Source of the DNA: Camelus dromedarius
Lineage: Eukaryota
Assembly (NCBI RefSeq): GCF_036321535.1
Contig: NC_087450.1
Location: forward strand, 53,940,001 to 54,004,000
DNA: 64,000 nucleotides
Reading direction: 5' to 3'
The translations under genes were made by a program, and so were the position numbers. The notes beneath the pieces were generated by a model, which had not been told where the DNA came from, did no database searches, and saw only the letters and a list, made by a program, of their open reading frames with translations. Positions 11,201-21,039 of this stretch are shown one piece after another. Each line of letters starts with the position of its first letter. Within the stretch, counting starts at the first letter, position 1.

Positions 11201-14191
11201 TTTTGAAGAATTTTAGTTATTTAAAAAAAAAATCACCTAAGCTAATTAAGTCATGTTAAACTATAAACCTAAAAGAGAAATTTATTTGGCAAATATATCG
11301 ATCCTTTTCAGCTAAAAATATACTGGTGTTTAAAAAAGAAACTCTAATTCAGAGAATCATAAGAAAAAACTGAATTTCACTCACCCAACTACGCCCAAAA
11401 ATATCTGATAAAATCACTAACTACTGTTGAAATTATAAAACGTTGTTACAGGGACATTCAAGCTTTAAAAGATGGCTGTACTTACAGCCAATCCATCTCC
11501 TCCACGGCTTGTGCAATCTCAGGCATAACACCCATCTCTGAAAGTAAAAATTAGTTTAAAAATCAACACATACTAAACTTAAATCATATTGCTCTTATTG
11601 TTCAACAGGTAAACAGGTTTGAAGTATAGCTCAGTTATATGGTATCTCCTGTGTATGGCACTGCTGACAGTATAAATTTTGGAGAAAGATTTGAATTCAA
11701 ATCCAGGCTCTTAGTAGCAACGTGACGTCAGGCAAGCTATAAGCCTACTTCTCTGCACAAAATGGAGCTAATGTTACTTACGTGGTAAGAATACAGGATG
11801 AGTAAAGATAATCGTATGTAAAGCACCCTGCACATGGTTGTCACTTAATACATAGTATCCACCAGTGTTTCCCTCCTATGACTAGTGAAAAACCTGCCAG
11901 AGTCGGAGAGAAGATTCTAGACCAGCACCTTGGTTGTTTCATCTAGAGATATTGTGGAAGTCCTGTGCCTTGGCTTTTTGAGGACCATGTGAATACCCTC
12001 ACCAATCTGAGGAAAATGACCAAGCAGGCAGAGAGAGCCCACATTTATAGGCAATCATAATCAGAACTCTGGTTAACTGAAAAGAGAGGAGCTGGTGGTG
12101 AAAACTTGAGTAATTAGAAATGTCAACTGGAGAACTACTCTGTTCTTAATTATTCACATATTTAAATGATTTACAACAAAGTGAATCCTAAATGAATAGA
12201 TTGGGTTATTTTTTATCATTTCTCAAATGAACTGTAGTAGAGGGTCCACATGGAATAGTCAGCTGTATTCCTTAAACCTCCTTTCCAAGTAAGAAGTGAT
12301 CTTTATTTTAAATATGCATTTATAAAAATGTATTTTTTATTTATATCTTTACAAAGTATATATTCCTATTTAAAAAATGAGCCACACTCAAATATATCCA
12401 AGCCTCAAAGATAACTAATTTGGAAATTTTCTATTTCTTGTAATCATTTGTGAAAAGGCATAAAATAAGTCTACAAACTGAATATATCCATTGCAAAAAA
12501 TAGCTTTTTCTTTGCATCAGGTGAGAAGAATCATACCAGCAATGAATAATATATACAACGCTAAAATTTTATACAGTAAACCAGTTAATATCAACATTGA
12601 TGACATGGGAAAGTATAAAAACTTTTTTCAAAAAGGAAGGCTTTTGTACCTCTAAATTTCTTTAGGAAAATCCACAGATTGAAAAACTAATCAAGATCTA
12701 AAGTTGTATAAGAATTGCCCCCAATAGAATCTAGGTGTATCCTTTCTCCTAAAATGCAAACTGCTTGAAAAAAGGGAGTGACAGTCTTATATATGCTGTC
12801 TACATAATATATACAGCATACATTATATATGCTGTATACATAATACTGCAAGCTGAAGTTGCTCATGAAACTGTTCTACTGCAAGCAGCAACCACAGACG
12901 GCTTTCAGCAAATTCCAGACAACTTTTTGCTCCATTCTGGTCATGTTCTCTGCAGGTCTGCTTTTAAACTATATTTTCTTTTAATATAACATTTTTAACA
13001 CTTAAGGGAAAAATAGGAATAGTTAACACTCTTTAATTCCACTTCTGTCTTTAATTTACATCAGACCCCTTCTAGTGCTTTTTAACACTCCTGTAATTTG
13101 TGCAAGACTCCCAGAGAAGTGAACCAATAAAATGACAACCTGGAACTGGTCTACACACCTTGGCTCTCATTTGAGGAAAGAGCTGGGAAAAGAAAAACAG
13201 CTACCTGTATGAGCAGATTTTCCCCGGCCTTTAATGAAATGCAACTAAAACGATCCAAAATCCTGTCTCGTGACTAAAAATGTGGAATTCCTTATGTTCT
13301 TATATTAGAAAAATGAAAGTACAATACTGTGTTACACCTGAAGTCATCTGAAAAGGTTAAGAATATCAAAAAATAGTGTGCCTAACTTGACATATATATT
13401 GCTATATAAATTTACCACTTTTAAAATATAAGGCTTATTGCAGCTCTATAAAACTGTGGATGTATAAAGAAGAGGAAACAACTATTTCGTTATATAAGCC
13501 AATTCAAATTTGTTTGGAATACAGGTGGGTATCATCAGCAATTAGTAAAAATTTTCAAAATTTGTGATGGGCTCGTGTGCTCGCGGACACAGACGCCTTC
13601 CCTTTAGCTTCAATATTTGTTAACGTTATTAAAATAGCGCTTAAATAAATATCAGGTTTGGACCTGTAGATTTGGAAGCGCCTGAAAAAATCAGACGCAG
13701 GATGGTCATTTTCAACCGACCCTCCCCGCGCCCCGCTGCTTCCTGGCCTGGACAACCCTCTATCAGGCGCGGGCAGAACAAGGTGCCCGAGCACCACTGC
13801 CACGTCAAGGGGCAGGAGGCCTGGGCTCCGGGAGCAGCTGCAGCAGCGCCGCCGCATCCGAGAGCCGTGGGTCCCCTGGCAGGACACGCGAGCGGAGACT
13901 GGAAGGCGACAGAGAAGAGAACGAGCACGGAGAGGCCGGGCCCGGCCAGCACCTGGAGGGAAAGGCACTCCCTGCAGCATCCAGGCGCACCGACCGGGCC
14001 TCTCGCGCCTCCACTGGTCCCCCACCAGTGCGGGGATCGAGGGGTCCGCCGCGGACAGCTCCCTCCTGGACCGCGATGCACCTGTCCGCCCCCGCCCCCG
14101 CGGCTCCCCGCCAGCCGGCGCAGGGCCGAGGCGTGGATCGGGCCCCCCGCCCCAGCCCCAGCTCCGCAGACGCACCGGAGAAGGCCGCCAT
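2132..14191 (-). CDS. DDX1: DEAD-box helicase 1, partial: coding exons 1-13 joined (956 nt), 3' part beyond the left edge
   Basis: Spliced translation [57 protein letters not shown]...SPRY domain...[13 protein letters not shown] matches DDX1 (Q motif, motif I, motif Ia); all 13 exons GT-AG with consistent phases. Confidence 0.98.
2530..2760 (+). mobile_element. MIR SINE
   Basis: ctctagagtcaggctg...tctgccactcact...gctgtgaagattaaataa. Confidence 0.6.
2975..3089 (-). CDS. DDX1: DDX1 exon 12 ([38 protein letters not shown], 115 nt)
   Basis: ctag|AAT GCT GAA...CAC ACA G|gtattg. Confidence 0.96.
3201..3277 (-). CDS. DDX1: DDX1 exon 11 ([26 protein letters not shown], 77 nt)
   Basis: poly(T)-aag|GA AAA GAC...TTG AAG|gtaatt. 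Confidence 0.95.
3905..3977 (-). CDS. DDX1: DDX1 exon 10 ([24 protein letters not shown], 73 nt)
   Basis: ctag|GAA TTC ACT...AAA AAC G|gtaagc. Confidence 0.96.
4536..4612 (-). CDS. DDX1: DDX1 exon 9 ([26 protein letters not shown], 77 nt)
   Basis: tttag|GT ACT GAC...GGA GAG|gtgagt; peptide visible in ORF 4428..4757. Confidence 0.96.
4974..5057 (-). CDS. DDX1: DDX1 exon 8 ([28 protein letters not shown], 84 nt)
   Basis: catag|GG AAA CAC...GAC CTA G|gtaagt; SPRY domain. Confidence 0.96.
5283..5366 (-). CDS. DDX1: DDX1 exon 7 ([28 protein letters not shown], 84 nt)
   Basis: ccag|CA ATT GGG...ACG AAA G|gtattt. Confidence 0.96.
6460..7470. mobile_element. Old L1 (L1ME-like) remnant in DDX1 intron 6 with embedded microsatellite
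   Basis: ttctgtgaattgcctgtttgtatcctttgcccattttcc...ccagatggatcaattgtgcc...ttgaataaatcatcctttt. Confidence 0.6.
7150..7227. repeat. Compound (TA)n/(CA)n microsatellite
   Basis: Directly visible. Confidence 0.9.
7589..7636 (-). CDS. DDX1: DDX1 exon 6 ([16 protein letters not shown], 48 nt)
   Basis: cttag|TG CTC AAC...TTC G|gtaagt; peptide visible in ORF 7497..7757. Confidence 0.96.
9418..9514 (-). CDS. DDX1: DDX1 exon 5 ([32 protein letters not shown], 97 nt)
   Basis: ctag|GCT TTC AGT...GCT TCA G|gtaatt. Confidence 0.96.
10119..10148 (-). CDS. DDX1: DDX1 exon 4 ([10 protein letters not shown], 30 nt)
   Basis: tttag|GCT GCA GAA ACA GGA AGC GGA AAA ACT GGT|gtaagt; Walker A. Confidence 0.96.
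10250..11010 (+). mobile_element. L2 LINE 3' remnant
   Basis: Pyrimidine-rich L2 text ending aaacgtttgtgaataaataa. Confidence 0.55.
11123..11186 (-). CDS. DDX1: DDX1 exon 3 ([22 protein letters not shown], 64 nt)
   Basis: ttag|T CTC CCA...CTG ATG|gtacgt; Q motif. Confidence 0.96.
11486..11537 (-). CDS. DDX1: DDX1 exon 2 ([17 protein letters not shown], 52 nt)
   Basis: ttcag|AG ATG GGT...TGG CT|gtaagt. Confidence 0.96.
11650..11850 (+). mobile_element. MIR SINE
   Basis: ttgaattcaaatccaggctc...ggcaag...aaaatggagctaat...gtaaagcacc. Confidence 0.55.
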
Positions 14192-14410
14192 CTTCGCCCC
14201 GTCCTCCGCGACTTCTCTCGCTCCCTCCCTCCGCTCCGACACGCTGCGCGGGAGCGGCGCGCGCTTCCGGTCCCCCTCCCCGTGGCCTGCCGCTCTCCAA
14301 GTCCGGGCAGGAACCCAGCCCGGAGAGAATGGTTCCGGGCCCCACAGCGCGGACTCAGTTCAAATGCACTTTGCCTAAGTAGCCAGGAGCCGTCGTCATT
14401 AGCTGTGCCC
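13570..14410 (-). promoter_or_regulatory. DDX1 CpG-island promoter / exon 1 region
   Basis: High GC and CpG density; ETS-type CCGGAAG on - strand (14264-14270); YY1 consensus AAGATGGCGGC over the ATG; boundaries by eye. Confidence 0.88.
14176..14191 (-). CDS. DDX1: DDX1 exon 1 coding part (MAAFS, 16 nt)
   Basis: AAG-ATG GCG GCC TTC TCC G|gtgcgt inside CpG island. Confidence 0.96.
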
Positions 14411-14519
14411 AGAGTTACCATTTATCTAGAGCATGCTATGTGTCAACTGGACCACTCTTGCACATATAAGGAAGCAGACGTTACGTGGAGAAAAGCGAAA
14501 CCTTCAGGCAAGATGTTTT

Positions 14520-14760
14520 AGATAGAGGTGAAACTATAACTTCCAGAGCCATGCTCCCTGGGTTTGAATTCTAGACACTTGCTGGTTGCATAACCTTGAA
14601 CAAGTCTGGGCTTCAGTTTACTCATTTGTGAAATAACCAGGAATAACACTACCTATTTCATAGGATTGTTATGAGGATTGAATAAAATAGGTAAAGCACA
14701 TACAACAGTGCATAGCACATGGTAACAAGGCATGTGTTAGCTCTATCATTACTATTACAT
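14520..14760 (+). mobile_element. MIR SINE immediately upstream of the DDX1 promoter
   Basis: ctgggtttgaattctag...cagtttactcatttgtgaaa...ggattgttatgaggatt. Confidence 0.65.
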
Positions 14761-15747
14761 GTGACAGGATTTACCTGAAGTTCCAAAAGTCAAGGACAAT
14801 CACCTCCAGGGGGCCTCATTCACATTAGTCCATGTTCTCATTATAATTTGTATAAATTTAAATAAATGATACCACTGAGAGTTATGCAGTGTAGCAGTTC
14901 TGAATAGATGACACGTACCCCATTTTCTTCCTCTCTCAAGGGACAAGGCATTTTCCAAGGGACTAGTCAGAGAACTTTTGATCTTAGGAGTTTGAGAAGG
15001 AGAAGGGAGGCTTTGAGATGCTGTGGCCAGAAGACCCCAAGGCAGCAGGGCAGGAACAGAGCCAGAGGGGAGAGAAAGCAGCTGTGGAAGCAGATCACGT
15101 TCCTAACAACTGCCCAGAAACATGTGTGACTTTTTCCCCCAGGGATAACTGGGCTTGTGGAGAGTGGACTTGAAGCTCTCTTCAAAGAGAATATGCCCCA
15201 GGGAGCTGCCTGGAGAAGCTAAGTGATACACAGAGAGACCCCCAAAGGACCCTGTTTTATTCATACTTTTTAACCAGAGGACAGATATCACCTGCCTCAT
15301 GTGAGTTGCACTTGGAGGATACATACCAGCAGAAGAATCTCCAAGATACCAAACAAAAAGTGCCCTTGAGTGAAAAAATCGACCTTGGGCATGATTGATC
15401 CAGAGAGCACCGGAGTCAGATCACATGGGCACCAGATAAAGGTGGATCTCTCCCCGACCAGATTTTACCCCTCCCCAAGGGTCATAAACAGCAGCTCATG
15501 GGGGGGGGGGGGGAGTGCAGAAAAGAGATTGATCACACCCTTTACCACACTGCCAAACTGGGGAGGGAGGAAGCTGTAATTTTGGTTAAAGTTGTGAATT
15601 TTGATCATAACACTGGACCCAATAGTTTCATTACAGAAATCAGACTAAAATTGTGATGAAAATAACGGGGCAGATTTTCATTATCTGGGAGTGACCAGAA
15701 GAATTCCGGAAGATGCTAGAGACTCCATCTAAGTCAGGGGAAGAAAT

Positions 15748-15926
15748 NNNNNNNNNNNNNNNNNNNNNNNNNNNNNNNNNNNNNNNNNNNNNNNNNNNNN
15801 NNNNNNNNNNNNNNNNNNNNNNNNNNNNNNNNNNNNNNNNNNNNNNNNNNNNNNNNNNNNNNNNNNNNNNNNNNNNNNNNNNNNNNNNNNNNNNNNNNNN
15901 NNNNNNNNNNNNNNNNNNNNNNNNNN
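15748..15926. other. Assembly gap (179 N)
   Basis: Run of n. Confidence 0.99.
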
Positions 15927-16204
15927 ATGTGATATATATATAGTAATAATGCCATCAATAATGTGAATTGGGACATAACGTTATTGGCTCCCCTACTTGG
16001 CAGGTAGGACAAGGCTAGGCAAAGAAGTGGCAGGCAACCCCTTCACCAAACCAAGAGATGAATGATGGGTATCGACAGTCCAGTATCCTGCTGGTCCACT
16101 CTCCTCAAAACAGGCTGATTAAATGGGCACCTACTAACAGTCCTGGAATCCTTGCCTTGTCCCAGAAACCCACCTGTGTAAATCATTAGGCAGGAAGATA
16201 ACCA

Positions 16205-16218
16205 CCACTAGGTGGCGC
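16205..16218 (+). promoter_or_regulatory. CTCF core motif
   Basis: CCACTAGGTGGCGC fits CCASYAGRKGGCRS at all 14 positions; occupancy untested. Confidence 0.65.
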
Positions 16219-17132
16219 CAAACTGCAGCTGAGCCAGGTAGAGATTGAACTGGACTGAACTCCCAGCTGGGACTTCTTCCCACAGCTGCACCCCCCCACC
16301 CCCAACCCCAACCCCTGCCGCAATATTTTATGTAATTGGATCTTTTGGACCCATAGCCAATCATGTTATGGTGGAATTGTGCTGTATTATCCAGGCACCC
16401 AGAGAAATAATGCTATGTATTTTCAGGTAAGCTGTAATATAGGTTGTTGCAGAACAAATAGTTTTGCAATTGCGAAGGCAAGTCTAAGAAATAGGCCCTT
16501 GGGATACCCAGGCCCTTAATACTGTAGAGAGGATGGGCCCCGTGAAGACTCTGTGGACTGGTCACCCAGAAGCCACACACAGTCCCCTTCCCCTTGCCTT
16601 TCTCTATTCTACAGCCTGGGGAAAAGGTCGGGGGAAAAGTGGCCTTTCCAGACTCCCTTGTCAGGAGAGGCAGCATGAGATCTGGTTCTGCCTGGACAGA
16701 TGTAAATGGAAGTCCCTTTTTAAAAAGGAAAAAGCTCTGACTGGCATGTACGCTTTGCCTGGAAAAGCAGCAATGAACCACGGGGAAGAAAGCTTCACAC
16801 TAAGGCTATTGAAGCAGAAAATAGGAGGAGATTGGGTCCGTGATGATGGTGGTGAGCTACTACCAGCCCAGTTCTGTCTGCCTCAGGACCTCTTGCAGCT
16901 GGAGAATACCTTACACAGTTGAACCACTCTTCATTCTCTTTCCCTCTTTTTTTTTTTCTTGTTCTTTTTGTTGGTGTTCTTTTTGTTCGTTCTCTCACGC
17001 TTGCCGCCCAACCCATTCCTAACAGGTACAGAAGTGAAAGGAGATGGCACATTCATCAGCATAGATTTTGTATCATGAATCACCCAGAAAGTTTTTTTCT
17101 TCAAATGTTCTAGAACAGAGCAGTAAGAAACC

Positions 17133-17579
17133 TGTGGATGAGAAACATTGCCTGCCCTATCGGTAAACAAAGATGTAGCAGCCAGCAAGCCAGCAGCCAC
17201 TGCAGCTGCCCCTGAATGTGCACCCTGAGGGGATTCAGGATGGAGAGAAGAAGGACACTGGCCCTAGAGAGTTAGGCTGCAGATCAAAGGAATGATTTCA
17301 ATAAGACCAGACTCTTGCATCTTCCCATACATAGAAAAGTGCTAAATTTATTAACTTGAGATGTCTAGTTTTCTTTAATTAGCAGTAATCTTTTGAGGTT
17401 CTGACTACTTGGTTTTTGTTCAAAAACTCCTGTATATCCCTGGCTCCTCCCTTACCTCTTCAAAGCAGTCCCTCAGAGCTATCTGAGAGGCCGTATTCCT
17501 GGCTTAAGTCCTCAGAAAGTCTGCCCAATAAAACATAATTCTCAACTTTTAGGTTGTGCAATTCTTTTTTCAGTTGACA
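17133..17579 (+). mobile_element. Solo LTR, ERV1-type (447 bp)
   Basis: TG...CA termini, 4-bp duplication AACC on both sides, AATAAA at 17527-17532. Confidence 0.8.
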
Positions 17580-17922
17580 AACCTATTGTGGCTTCAAGGT
17601 GAAGGAGACATTTGGCTTGAGTCATGAAGGCACCATCAAAAACCACTCTTGAATAGAACACTTCATTACCACCCAAAATGAAGATGAAATGTACCACATG
17701 CAATAGCAGAAGTGACCCTGAACCCAGCCTCCAGGAGGCAAGTCAAATCAGGTCGTTTACTTTGTCCTTTCTTTGACATCCAACTGCACTCCTCTGGCCT
17801 TATTCTGGCACCTTCTGGGCCCTAAGTCCCCAGTTTCTAAGGATCCAGCCACCAAGAAGGAAGTAGCAAAAGAGAGTTGTTTTAATGTAAAAGAAGTTGA
17901 TTTGAAAATGCAATATTTTCAT

Positions 17923-17966
17923 AGGATCCTGGGTTCAATCCCCAGTGCCTCCTCCAAAAAATAAAT
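17923..17966 (+). mobile_element. 5'-truncated SINE (44 nt) with 17-bp target-site duplication
   Basis: B box and tail only; AAATGCAATATTTTCAT at 17906-17922 and 17967-17983. Confidence 0.85.
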
Positions 17967-18440
17967 AAATGCAATATTTTCATTACATGATCTCCCACCA
18001 GCAAAGTCCATCCTCACAATGCATCATACAAACCACTCATCATTCTACACAGGTCACTGCAACTTCTCCCTCCTCTAATTCCACGCAGGAAGTTTACCCT
18101 CAGATCCACATGTTAGGAGACAAAAGGACTTGAGAGTACTTGCTCTGGATCCTGAATTCAGCTGTGAGAGGATGTGGCCAACCTTCCATCAGACGACTCT
18201 CTCCACTTTAATACAGCTCTTGGTTGGTAAGACTCCTGGTTCCACCCTCCTTGGGACGACACACACCAGACCACCGCCCCCACCATGTCTAGCCTCCTGC
18301 TTCCTTCCAGCTTGATGCCTGGCATCTCTTTACCTTCTAGCATCTCAGACTATGTACAGTTCCTTGCCTACAGCAGATTGCCTCTCACTACTGTGTATTT
18401 TCTTATGCTGTTTGCTCTCCCGAGAATAGACTTCCCCTTT

Positions 18441-19558
18441 TAGTTTCAGTTATCTATTGATGCATAACACCCCCAAACGAGTACAACAACCAATTTATTG
18501 GTCATGATTCTGAGTCAGGCGTCTGGGCAGAGCTTACCTGGCTGGTTCTTCTGTTTCTCATGGCATTACCTGGGGTCTCTCACTCAGCTGCATTCAGCTG
18601 GCGGGCTGGGCTGGCAGATCTGAGAAGACCTCAGCCTCCTGGGTGGTGGCTCTCTCCCTGTGGCCAACTTGGACCTTCTCCCAGCAGGGTTAGTCCCAGG
18701 GAAGACAGACTTCCTACATGGTAGCTGGGCTCCAAGAGGACTGGACCCCAAATAGAAAGCAGAAAGTGCATATCTCTTAAGTCAGCCGTGGAAAGCACAC
18801 AGTGTCACTTCTGCCAAATGCTATTGGTCAACACAAGTCACATGACCAGCACAGCCTAGATTCATGAGGAGGGGAAATAGGCTCTCTCTTTTTTAATCTT
18901 TTTTTTTTTAATTGACGTATAGTCAGTGTACAATGTTGAGCCAGCTTCTGGTGTACAGCATAACGTTTCAATCATACATGTACATACATATATTCATTTT
19001 CATATTCTTTTTCATTACAGGTTACTACAAGATATTGAATATAGTTCCCTCTGCTATACAGTATAAACTTGTTGTTTATCTATTTTATATATTATAGTAT
19101 CTGCTAATCTCAAACTCTCGATTTATCCATTCCCACCTCCTTCTTCCCCTGGTAACCATAAGTTTGTTTACTATGTCTGTGAGTCTGTTTCTGTTTTGTA
19201 GATAAGTTCATTACTGTCTTCTTTTTTCTTTTTTTAGATTCCACATGAGTGATATCATATGGTATTTTTCTTTCTCTTTCTGGCTTCCTTCACTTAGAAT
19301 GATGATCTTCAGTTCTGTCCATGTGGCTGCAAATGACATTATTTTATTTTTTATGGCTGAGTAGTATTCCATTGTACAAATATACCACAGCTTCTTTATC
19401 CAGCCATCTGTCAATGGACATTTAGGTGGCTTCCATGTCTTGGCTATTGTATATAGTGCTGCTATGAACACTGGGGTGCATGTGTCTTTTCAAATTAGGT
19501 TCTACCTTTTGGATGCAAGGAATAGCAAAAGGTTTGAAGGCATCTGTAATAAACCACA
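18441..19558. mobile_element. MLT1 (ERVL-MaLR) LTR interrupted by an L1
   Basis: tttcagttatctattg...ctagattcatgaggaggggaaatag [L1] tctaccttttggatg...aaaccaca. Confidence 0.7.
18889..19497 (-). mobile_element. Relatively young 5'-truncated L1 3' end
   Basis: Poly(T) tail; ORF 19211..19471 MFIAALYTIAKTWKPPKCPLTDGWIKKLWY is the L1 ORF2p C-terminus. Confidence 0.9.
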
Positions 19559-19699
19559 CCTATCTTCTTGGCAAACTCCTAATTGTTATTCAGATTCAGC
19601 TGCAACATGCAGCAAATCCTGCTTGATGCTAATCCCGAGCTAACAGATACTGCTAGTTTGCTCCAATGTTTATTTCTCTTTTTCCTTAAATTTTTTTAT

Positions 19700-20079
19700 G
19701 TTAAGCTGGACCTTTGGCTTCCTAGAATAACGACCCTACTTCCCAGCCCCGCAGTTGCCATTTATGGCTATCTGCCTGTGTTCTGGCCCATGGCATAGAA
19801 ACAGAAATGCCCTTAATGGAGCTGGTGCATCTCTCTTGCTCTTCCTCCATCCTGTTGCTGGAATGGGGCTGCAATGGCTGGGGCTTGAGCAGCCATATTG
19901 GACTATGAAAAAAAAGCCATATATTGAGGATGGCAGAACAATAAGAGAGAAGCTTGAGTCCCTGGCATAGCACCATACCAGCCAGAACTGGGACTTCAGA
20001 TTTCTTACATGAGAGGAAAATAAACATCTGCCTTCTTTGTTTGGGGTTTTCTGTCCCTAACAACCAAACCTAATCCTAA
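19700..20079. mobile_element. MLT1 LTR (older subfamily)
   Basis: gcagccatattggactatga...gaggatggcagaac...aaataaac...aaacctaatcctaat. Confidence 0.65.
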
Positions 20080-20093
20080 TTTATCTAGCCACG

Positions 20094-20597
20094 GTGCAGT
20101 TATCTATTGCTACAAAACAAGTTACCCCCAAATTTAGTGACTTAAAACAGTAAACATTTATTATTGCTCACAGTTTCTGTGGAGCGGGAATTCAGGGGCA
20201 GCTTGGCTGGGCACGTCCACTCGGGGCTATTCTTGCTGTTGTAGCCAAGCTGCTGGCCGGGATTGCAATCACCTTGTAAAGGTCGCTCGCTCTTGTGACC
20301 GCGTGGCAGTTAGCAGGAGGCCTCTGTTCTCCACAGGGACCACTTCCAGGGCTGGCAGAACGTTTTCATGATCTGGCTGCTGGGGCCTCCTACACCCCTC
20401 CCTTGCCACTGAAACCAGCAATCCTATAGAACAAAGCAGAGTGAGTGATATCATTTATGGTCTAGCCATCAAAGTCACACTATCACTTCTGCCATATCTT
20501 ATTAGTCACAGAGGCCTATTCAGTGTTGGAAACACACAAAGGCATGAGTACCGAAGACAAAGATCACTGGGGGGCCAGCTTAGAGACTGCCTTCCAC
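20094..20597. mobile_element. MLT1 LTR
   Basis: cagttatctattgctacaaaacaagttaccccaaatttagtgacttaaaac...ctgccttccaca. Confidence 0.7.
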
Positions 20598-20851
20598 AGC
20601 CCCTGCTTCCCTAGAAGACCCCTTATTTGTTCAAGTAGCAGGTGGTAATCTTTCAATACCAGGAAAAAAAGCATGTTCATCCAGCATCCTCTGGGATAAA
20701 TCATGTTCCTTCTAGACCAGCCATTGTTGTCATTAAGTTTGTTGGCTTAGCTCACCCTGTTTTTCACAGTTTACCTGACTCAGAGAGCAGTTTGGAGAGA
20801 GGGAGGCTCACATTTAAACATCCTCTTTTTTTTTCCCCTCTGAATTTCCTA

Positions 20852-21039
20852 NNNNNNNNNNNNNNNNNNNNNNNNNNNNNNNNNNNNNNNNNNNNNNNNN
20901 NNNNNNNNNNNNNNNNNNNNNNNNNNNNNNNNNNNNNNNNNNNNNNNNNNNNNNNNNNNNNNNNNNNNNNNNNNNNNNNNNNNNNNNNNNNNNNNNNNNN
21001 NNNNNNNNNNNNNNNNNNNNNNNNNNNNNNNNNNNNNNN
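20852..21039. other. Assembly gap (188 N)
   Basis: Run of n. Confidence 0.99.

Noticed and set aside
13555-14521. Overlapping long ORFs (288, 234, 236, 145, 116 aa) on both strands
   Set aside because: Stop-poor CpG-island sequence giving low-complexity Arg/Gly/Pro/Ala text; only MAAFS is real DDX1 coding
14803-14816. Second CTCF site CCTCCAGGGGGCCT
   Set aside because: Three mismatches to the core consensus; too weak without binding data
14950-15720. Possible ancient Gypsy-type or ERVL LTR upstream of DDX1
   Set aside because: LTR-like texture, but I could not fix termini, a duplication or a family
19211-19471. 86-aa ORF as a host gene
   Set aside because: It is the L1 ORF2p C-terminus of a truncated insertion
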